A DNA stretch of 64,000 nt from a virus. Below the pieces are notes generated by a model. That model searched no databases. It was not told the origin of the DNA and worked only from the letters and a program-made list of their open reading frames with translations. The translations under genes were made by a program, and so were the position numbers. Shown here piece by piece: positions 57,762 to 64,000 of this stretch (position 1 is the first letter of the stretch; each line of letters starts with the position of its first letter). The stretch covers positions 55,102 through 119,101 of IMG/VR virus record IMGVR_UViG_3300025645_000042. One strand, written 5' to 3'.

Positions 57762-60518
57762 ATGAGAGCTAATAATAGAAATATATTTGTTGAGATTGAT
57801 AGTGCTGGTGGTGATTATGTAACTTCTGGTGATTTTAATACAGCTACTGGTGACGTAACCTTAACAAGATTATCAGGTGGAACTGTAGTTTATAACTTGG
57901 ATAATAGATATAGTCTTACGGGACATACACATGATATATCTGAAATAACTGGGTTTACTCAAACTGATGATTATTTAACTGGTCATACATTTAATACATC
58001 AACTGGACTATTTGAATCAGCATTGCAATCAGGTTCAACTATTTCAGTTAATTTAGATGGAAGATACTTACATTTATCCGCAACAACTGCTCAAGCTGCA
58101 TTAATATACTCACCAACTGGAAATACAACAGGTATAATAAAAAGTGGAAGGACTGAAGCTAATTATGGTCCTGTAGGGTCTGGTGCATTTGATTTATCTA
58201 ATTCTTTTTTACCATCATCTACTGTAGGTGCAACAGGTAGTAATTCATTTGCATTAAATTTTCAGACAACTGCAAGTGGTCAAGGTTCAACTGCAAGTGG
58301 TTTTAAAGCAATTGCTTCAGGTTCTTATTCAACTGCTAGTGGTTATGAAACAATTGCTTCAGGAGATTATTCAACTGCTTTTGGTAGAAGTACAACTGCA
58401 AACGTTAATGATTCAACTGCTTGGGGTGTTGGCACAACTGCATCAGGGCTCTACTCAACTGCATGGGGTCAAAACACAACTGCAAGTGGGGACCGCTCAA
58501 CAGCATGGGGTAGAGATGCAACTGCAACTATTGGATATGCAACTGCTTGGGGTAGAAATACGACTGCAAGTGCTGGTGCTGCAACTGCATGGGGTAGATT
58601 TACAACTGCATCAGGTTCTTATTCAACTGCATGGGGTTATAATAACACAGCACCTTCATATGGTGAAACAAATATTGGTTTATTTTCAACAACTGGAAAT
58701 ACCGTTGGACAACAATTTTCTTGGGATGGTGCTGATAGAATATTCAATGTAGGTAACGGAACAGGAGTTGGCTCACGTAGTGATGCTTTAACTATATTAA
58801 AATTTGGTGATGTAATTGCACCATCATTATCAATTGGTATAATAAATTCATCTGACGCAAGGGTATTAATTACGAAGGAATATGCTGATGCAAATTATTC
58901 AGGTGGAACTAATACAGATGATTATGTAACTGGTCATACATTTAATACAAGTACTGGTTTATTTGAATCGACATTACAATCAGGTTCAACTGTTTCAGTT
59001 AATTTAGATGGTAGGTATAGTCTCACGGGGCATACACATGTAGAATATCTTACTGGTTATACTGATACTAACGATTATGTAACTGGTGGCACATTTAACA
59101 CTGGGACAGGTAATTTAACTCTAACAAGATTATCTGGTGGAACTGTTGTGACCAATTTAGACAATAGGTATAGTGTTACAGGTCATACTCACTCACAATA
59201 TCTTACTGGATTCACTCAAACTGATGATTATGTAACTGGAAGTACATTTAACACTGGGACAGGTGATTTAACTCTAATAAGATTATCAGGTGGAACAATT
59301 GTCACTAATTTAGATGATAGGTATTCATTAACTGGCCACACTCATGACATATCTGAAATAAGTGGTTATACTGATACATTTGTAACTGGTCATACATTTA
59401 ATACAGCCACTGGTTTATTTGAATCAACTTTACAAAGTGGTGGAACTGTTTCAGTTAATCTTGATGGTAGATATTTACAAATTACTGGTAGTACTGGGGA
59501 TGATTATCTTACTGGTGGGACATTTAATGATTTAACTGGTGATTTAACCCTTGATTTATTATCAGGGAATACAGTAAATGTCAACCTAGATGGAAGATAT
59601 TTAACTGGATTTACCGAATCACCAAGTCAAGCTGCCTTAATATTCTCACCAACTGGAAATACAACAGGTATAATAAAAAGTGGAAGGACTGAAGCTAATT
59701 ATGGTCCTGTAGGGATAAGGGCTATAGATTTAACTAATTCATTGACAGCATCAGCCACAAGAGGCGCAACAGGTCAAGAATCAATGGCTTGGGGTAGAAA
59801 TACGACTGCAAGTGGTGACTATTCAACCACTTGGGGTTCTAACACAACTGCTAGTGGTGATACAACAACCGCTTGGGGTAGAAGTAATTTAGCTGGAGGT
59901 GATTGGTCAACCGCTTGGGGTCAAGGAAATAGAGTTTTATCCATTGGTGAAACGGCATTAGGTTTATATGGAAGTGAAGTCTCTGGTAATGGAACTACTT
60001 GGGTTGGTGCAGATAGAATATTTAATGTGGGTAATGGCATAAATACTGGGTTACGTAGTGATGCTCTAACTATATTAAAATATGGTGATGTAATTGCTCC
60101 TAGTTTAAGTATTGGTATAATAAATTCAGCTGACACAAGGGTATTGATTACAAAGGAATATGCTGATGCAAATTATTCAGGTGGAACTGGTGGTACTGGT
60201 TCAGGAATTACTTGGACTGCTGTAACTTCAAATACAACTTGTTCTTTTGATACTGGTTACATTGCTAATTCAGGTTCGTTAATAACATTCACATTACCAG
60301 TAAGCAATAATTTAAAAACAATTAGAGTTACTGGTAAAGGTACTGGTGGTTGGCAAGTCGATGTACCTTCTGGGTGGACTATAAACTTTGCTAGTATAGC
60401 TGTAACTGATAATTTACAATCTAACGATTCATCTGATTCCATAGAACTATTAGGTTTAGGAGATGATGAATATCAAGTAATATCGTCAATTGGTAATATT
60501 ACTTTTAATAATCTTTAA
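57762..60518 (+). CDS. Modular fibre protein (918 aa), a mosaic of modules shared with 49795-56880
   Basis: Same repeats, long ASG.YSTAWG.NTT (YadA-like) runs, and DNA blocks nearly identical to the upstream gene. Confidence 0.75.
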   Translation: MRANNRNIFVEIDSAGGDYVTSGDFNTATGDVTLTRLSGGTVVYNLDNRYSLTGHTHDISEITGFTQTDDYLTGHTFNTSTGLFESALQSGSTISVNLDGRYLHLSATTAQAALIYSPTGNTTGIIKSGRTEANYGPVGSGAFDLSNSFLPSSTVGATGSNSFALNFQTTASGQGSTASGFKAIASGSYSTASGYETIASGDYSTAFGRSTTANVNDSTAWGVGTTASGLYSTAWGQNTTASGDRSTAWGRDATATIGYATAWGRNTTASAGAATAWGRFTTASGSYSTAWGYNNTAPSYGETNIGLFSTTGNTVGQQFSWDGADRIFNVGNGTGVGSRSDALTILKFGDVIAPSLSIGIINSSDARVLITKEYADANYSGGTNTDDYVTGHTFNTSTGLFESTLQSGSTVSVNLDGRYSLTGHTHVEYLTGYTDTNDYVTGGTFNTGTGNLTLTRLSGGTVVTNLDNRYSVTGHTHSQYLTGFTQTDDYVTGSTFNTGTGDLTLIRLSGGTIVTNLDDRYSLTGHTHDISEISGYTDTFVTGHTFNTATGLFESTLQSGGTVSVNLDGRYLQITGSTGDDYLTGGTFNDLTGDLTLDLLSGNTVNVNLDGRYLTGFTESPSQAALIFSPTGNTTGIIKSGRTEANYGPVGIRAIDLTNSLTASATRGATGQESMAWGRNTTASGDYSTTWGSNTTASGDTTTAWGRSNLAGGDWSTAWGQGNRVLSIGETALGLYGSEVSGNGTTWVGADRIFNVGNGINTGLRSDALTILKYGDVIAPSLSIGIINSADTRVLITKEYADANYSGGTGGTGSGITWTAVTSNTTCSFDTGYIANSGSLITFTLPVSNNLKTIRVTGKGTGGWQVDVPSGWTINFASIAVTDNLQSNDSSDSIELLGLGDDEYQVISSIGNITFNNL

Positions 60519-60536
60519 TTAAATAACTAATAAGTT

Positions 60537-60544
60537 ATATTTAT
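60537..60544 (+). promoter_or_regulatory. ATATTTAT putative late-promoter motif
   Basis: 14 nt upstream of ATG 60559. Confidence 0.5.
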
Positions 60545-60558
60545 AAATAAATAATAAA

Positions 60559-61053
60559 ATGGAACACACAATTAACATAAATCAAAGGTATAAAGTAGAA
60601 TGCTTTGATAAAGATGGAAATGAAAAATGGGAGGAAACTTTCGATAATTTAGTTGTAACTGCTGGTAGAAACCAATATTTAGACGCAACGCTTAAAACGG
60701 GTGACGCATCTCCAGCATGGTATGTTGGTTTAAAAGGAACTGGTGCACCTGTAGCTGGAGATACTATGGCATCTCATGGCGGTTGGACGACACTAACACC
60801 ATACTCAAATGCAACAAACCCAGTCTATACACCAGGTACAATAGCTTCTGGTAGTGTTGATAATGACGCTTCTAAAGCTGTATTTAATATTAACGCAACA
60901 TCAACGATATTTGGTGCGTTTTTAAGTGATAATAGTACTAAAGGTGGGGCTACTGGTATCTTATTAGGTGCTGGAGATTTTGCATCATCAAGAGCTGTTT
61001 TAGATGGAGATACTTTAAATGTAACTGTAACCTGTTCAATAACATCATCTTAA
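60559..61053 (+). CDS. Small beta-rich virion/tail protein
   Basis: 164 aa. NLVVTAGRNQYL...WYVGL...F.S.RAV..GDTLNVT pattern is typical of phage tail-associated proteins. Confidence 0.55.
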   Translation: MEHTININQRYKVECFDKDGNEKWEETFDNLVVTAGRNQYLDATLKTGDASPAWYVGLKGTGAPVAGDTMASHGGWTTLTPYSNATNPVYTPGTIASGSVDNDASKAVFNINATSTIFGAFLSDNSTKGGATGILLGAGDFASSRAVLDGDTLNVTVTCSITSS

Positions 61054-61067
61054 TAAAATAACGCTTT

Positions 61068-62108
61068 ATGGCCCAGTTTGGTAGACCTATATCTGATTTA
61101 CAGAATACTAGCATAACTGGTGGATTTGGTGCAATTGATGAAACTAGTGCTAGTGATGCTGACTTTTTATACAGTGCTGATAATACGGATACTGTATACG
61201 AGTGTGGGTTAACTTCAACGTTAGCTGACCCAGTAACTGGTGCAAGCCACACATTTAGATATAGAATTGCTGAAAGTGACGGTGGAGTTTTAGGTGATGG
61301 GGCTGGAAATGGAACTATAACTGTAGCAGTTTCATTACGTCAAGGTGCAACTGTTATTGCAACAGATACAACTAGAAATTGTACCAATGCTTGGACCACA
61401 CATACATTAACAATAACCACAGGTGAGGCTGATAATATAACTGATTATACCGACTTACGTTTGTATTTTGATATAGTAGGTTCAATGGGTGGTTCTCCAG
61501 GTGGTAGGCGTGGTGCTGGGATATCTTGGGGTGAATTAGAAATACCTGACAGACCAGAAATATTTGAAACTGTTACATTATCAGCTGGTAGTGATACTAC
61601 AACTGCGGCTATTTTAACAGCAAACACTTCGACAACTTTAACTTCAGATAATACAATAGATGATACAGGTGGTAAAGATGTAAGTGATTTAACTACATTA
61701 AGTGGTGATTCAACATTAACAACATCATACTTATTAACAGTTGATAGGTCTGTTACGTTAAGTACAGATAATACAATAAGTGATTCTGCAATTCATGAAA
61801 TGCTAGATAGTGTATCGTTAAATTCAGATAATTCAGTTTCTGACAGTAATTTAACTCTATTTAATAATATTACCACAGAAACTATTGATATTTCAGATGA
61901 TTTTCAAGGTAGTCAAAATTTTGATAGAAGTATTATATTAACTTCCGACCATTTATTGGATTCTGAAGCAATTATTAGTAGTACATATAATGAAAGTATA
62001 GAATTAAATTCAGAACACATATTACAATCATTAATTAGAAAAACAGATAAATTAACTATTATTAATATAGGTAAAATAACAGGAATAGGTAAAATAACAG
62101 GGTTATAA
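61068..62108 (+). CDS. Virion protein with C-terminal ~20-aa Ser/Thr/Asp repeats
   Basis: Repeated (V/I)TLS.D...-like units after a globular N-terminal domain. Confidence 0.55.
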   Translation: MAQFGRPISDLQNTSITGGFGAIDETSASDADFLYSADNTDTVYECGLTSTLADPVTGASHTFRYRIAESDGGVLGDGAGNGTITVAVSLRQGATVIATDTTRNCTNAWTTHTLTITTGEADNITDYTDLRLYFDIVGSMGGSPGGRRGAGISWGELEIPDRPEIFETVTLSAGSDTTTAAILTANTSTTLTSDNTIDDTGGKDVSDLTTLSGDSTLTTSYLLTVDRSVTLSTDNTISDSAIHEMLDSVSLNSDNSVSDSNLTLFNNITTETIDISDDFQGSQNFDRSIILTSDHLLDSEAIISSTYNESIELNSEHILQSLIRKTDKLTIINIGKITGIGKITGL

Positions 62109-64000
62109 TGAGAATAAATTCAATAGGGTCGCATTTTGAAAATATATTAAGTGGTTTTACATTTGGTACTCAAACAGAACAATTAACTGTTACTGGTGGA
62201 GATATTGATTTTGAAGCGGCAGCAATACCTGGTTTTGAATATACATTCCCTGAAAAATCTGGCGAAGTTGCTTTAACATCTGATATCAATTATTTAACTG
62301 GCACCACATTTAATACTGGTACAGGTGTATTGAGTTTGAGTATGTTAACTGGTAACACCTTTAATGTTGATTTAGATGGAAGATACCTTGAAGAATCCAT
62401 TTTTAACACATATACTGGTTCGACAACTGGTACTGATGATTATACAACTGGTGCCACATTTAACGACATTAATGGGGTTATTGAATTCACTAGATTATCT
62501 GGTGGAACATTTAATGTTGATATCGATGGTAGATACTTACCTACATCAGCTTATACAGATAGTAACGTGTTTGTTACTGGAAGTACATTTAATACGGGTA
62601 ATGGTATATTAGAATTCACCAATACATCAGGTGGTACATTCAATGTTGATTTAGATGGAAGGTACCTTGAATCTCACCCAATTATAACTGCCGCATCAAG
62701 TAGTGATAACTCAGGTAGAACTTATATTCAAGATTTATTAGTTGATGAATTTGGTCACGTAACTGGAATAACTACTTCTACAGAAACAGTTGTTGATACA
62801 AATACCACATATACTACTAGTGCTGTTGATTCTGGTGCTAACGCTATTATTAGGTTAACTGGTAGTGATGCATCAACAGATGATATCACATTGGTTGCTG
62901 GTTCTAATATGACAATTACACCATCTGGTGATAATATTACCTTAGCGGCAACTAATACAACTTATGGTACGGCAACGTCCACTGTTCAAGGTCTTATTGA
63001 GTTATTTAGTGATACTGTTCAAACCGTTGCATCTAATTCAGTTACCACAACTGCTAGTAGAACATATGGATTACAATTAAATTCTTCAGGACAAGCAGTT
63101 ATTAATGTACCTTGGACAGATACTCAAAATACTTATACTGCTACACTTACTGCTGGTACTGGATTAGCTGGTACGACATATAATCCTAGTACGAGTACCA
63201 CATTTAGTTTAGATTTTTCAGAATTAACTGTTGGTGGAACTTTAATTGCTACTGATTATTTAATAGCCGAAAATGGTGGGGTTGAAAATAGGCAATTAAT
63301 AAGTTCAATTCCATTATCTATTTTTAATAATGATTCTGCTTGGACTAGTAACGCTGGTACTGTAACATCTGTTACTGCTGGTGCTGGTATGACACAAACT
63401 GGTACATCAACTATTAACCCAACATTAAATGTAATTGGTGGCACTGGAATAACAGCAAATGCAAATGACATACAATTAGATTATACTGGCACTGATAACT
63501 TTATTGATAGCGCAACGAATTTAGAAGGTACTCCAATAGCTTCTAGTGATACAATTATTTACCATGATGCTACTGATAATAATATAAAAAAAGGATTTGT
63601 TAGTGATTTACCATTTACCACACCTACTGACTTGAACAGTTATTTACTTAATACAACCGATACACTTACAGGTGTATTAACAGTTACTAGTGATATAGAA
63701 ACTGGTGGTGATGTAAAATTAAATAGTAATAATAGGATAATACTTGATGGTGAATCAGATGAATTTGCATTTATAGTAAATGATTTAGCTAACACTTACG
63801 GTAAAGGTGCATCAGAAATAATAATTGCATCTACTGGTAATGGATTCCACTTTGTAGAAGGTGAAACCCTAGCTTACCAAGATGTAACTGCATCAGCTTT
63901 CATAACAGATGCTGGTACTGCCTCACAATTTGTTAAAGGTAATGGTACTTTAGATTCTAATACCTATTTAACATCATTTGATATAACAACTCAAACAGAC
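62108..64000 (+). CDS. Third modular fibre protein, 3'-truncated by the window edge (absent from the ORF track)
   Basis: ATG 62108 gives MRINSIGSHFENILSGF...LTGTTFNTGTG...DLDGRY. The same frame reads ...ITDAGTASQFVKGNGTLDSNTYL at the window end. Confidence 0.75.
   Translation, partial: MRINSIGSHFENILSGFTFGTQTEQLTVTGGDIDFEAAAIPGFEYTFPEKSGEVALTSDINYLTGTTFNTGTGVLSLSMLTGNTFNVDLDGRYLEESIFNTYTGSTTGTDDYTTGATFNDINGVIEFTRLSGGTFNVDIDGRYLPTSAYTDSNVFVTGSTFNTGNGILEFTNTSGGTFNVDLDGRYLESHPIITAASSSDNSGRTYIQDLLVDEFGHVTGITTSTETVVDTNTTYTTSAVDSGANAIIRLTGSDASTDDITLVAGSNMTITPSGDNITLAATNTTYGTATSTVQGLIELFSDTVQTVASNSVTTTASRTYGLQLNSSGQAVINVPWTDTQNTYTATLTAGTGLAGTTYNPSTSTTFSLDFSELTVGGTLIATDYLIAENGGVENRQLISSIPLSIFNNDSAWTSNAGTVTSVTAGAGMTQTGTSTINPTLNVIGGTGITANANDIQLDYTGTDNFIDSATNLEGTPIASSDTIIYHDATDNNIKKGFVSDLPFTTPTDLNSYLLNTTDTLTGVLTVTSDIETGGDVKLNSNNRIILDGESDEFAFIVNDLANTYGKGASEIIIASTGNGFHFVEGETLAYQDVTASAFITDAGTASQFVKGNGTLDSNTYLTSFDITTQTD

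Noticed and set aside
214-63471. Many short antisense or alternate-frame ORFs in the track (e.g. 4363-4647, 7981-8256, 8807-9412, 38820-39227, 58276-58752)
   Set aside because: They are shadows of well-supported genes on the other strand or frame, with low-complexity or implausible composition.
49795-64000. Diversity-generating retroelement suggested by near-identical repeat pairs
   Set aside because: No reverse transcriptase is in the window, the mismatches are few and not adenine-specific, and both copies are in-frame coding modules.
49795-64000. CRISPR-like array suggested by recurring ~30-50 bp strings
   Set aside because: The repeats lie within long ORFs, vary at third codon positions and have no unique spacers of constant length.
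1-64000. Stop-codon reassignment (code 15 or code 4), as in some large Bacteroidota phages
   Set aside because: Standard-code ORFs are long, full-length and tightly packed, and the only break found is a frameshift.
1-64000. tRNA or rRNA genes
   Set aside because: Intergenic spaces are short and AT-rich, and no cloverleaf or T-loop (GTTCGA) context was seen outside coding regions.

Overview
AT-rich segment of a large T4-like (Caudoviricetes, jumbo/mega-type) phage genome. The host is probably a member of the Bacteroidota, inferred from two promoter matches. 1-11.4 kb (+) is a head module: terminase large subunit (5'-truncated), portal interrupted by a 424-aa HNH-containing intein that starts with Pro, prohead protease, acidic scaffold and major capsid protein. 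An HNH cassette follows, bracketed by a duplicated, recoded copy of the last 22 capsid codons. 12.6-49.7 kb is mostly on the minus strand. It holds a serine recombinase, small genes, rmlB, a vWA protein, a frameshifted ADP-ribosyltransferase-like gene (+), baseplate-type genes, a sigma-like factor and phoH. It also holds a ~23 kb block of about ten glycosyltransferase-like genes plus nucleotide-sugar and tailoring enzymes (rmlD, wecB, gmd, two unusually short DegT-type aminotransferases, acyl-, carbamoyl-, methyl- and GNAT-type transferases, fabH/fabG). 49.8-64 kb (+) encodes very large Ser/Thr/Gly-rich fibre proteins built from shuffled, near-identical DNA modules, with HxH motifs, YadA-like repeats and a strong [ST]-G-x-[ST] bias. 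The leading hypothesis (inference) is a phage-encoded virion glycosylation system with a variable sugar cassette and a candidate acceptor motif. No tRNA, rRNA or CRISPR array was seen. All product calls come from motif recognition by eye; no database search was run.
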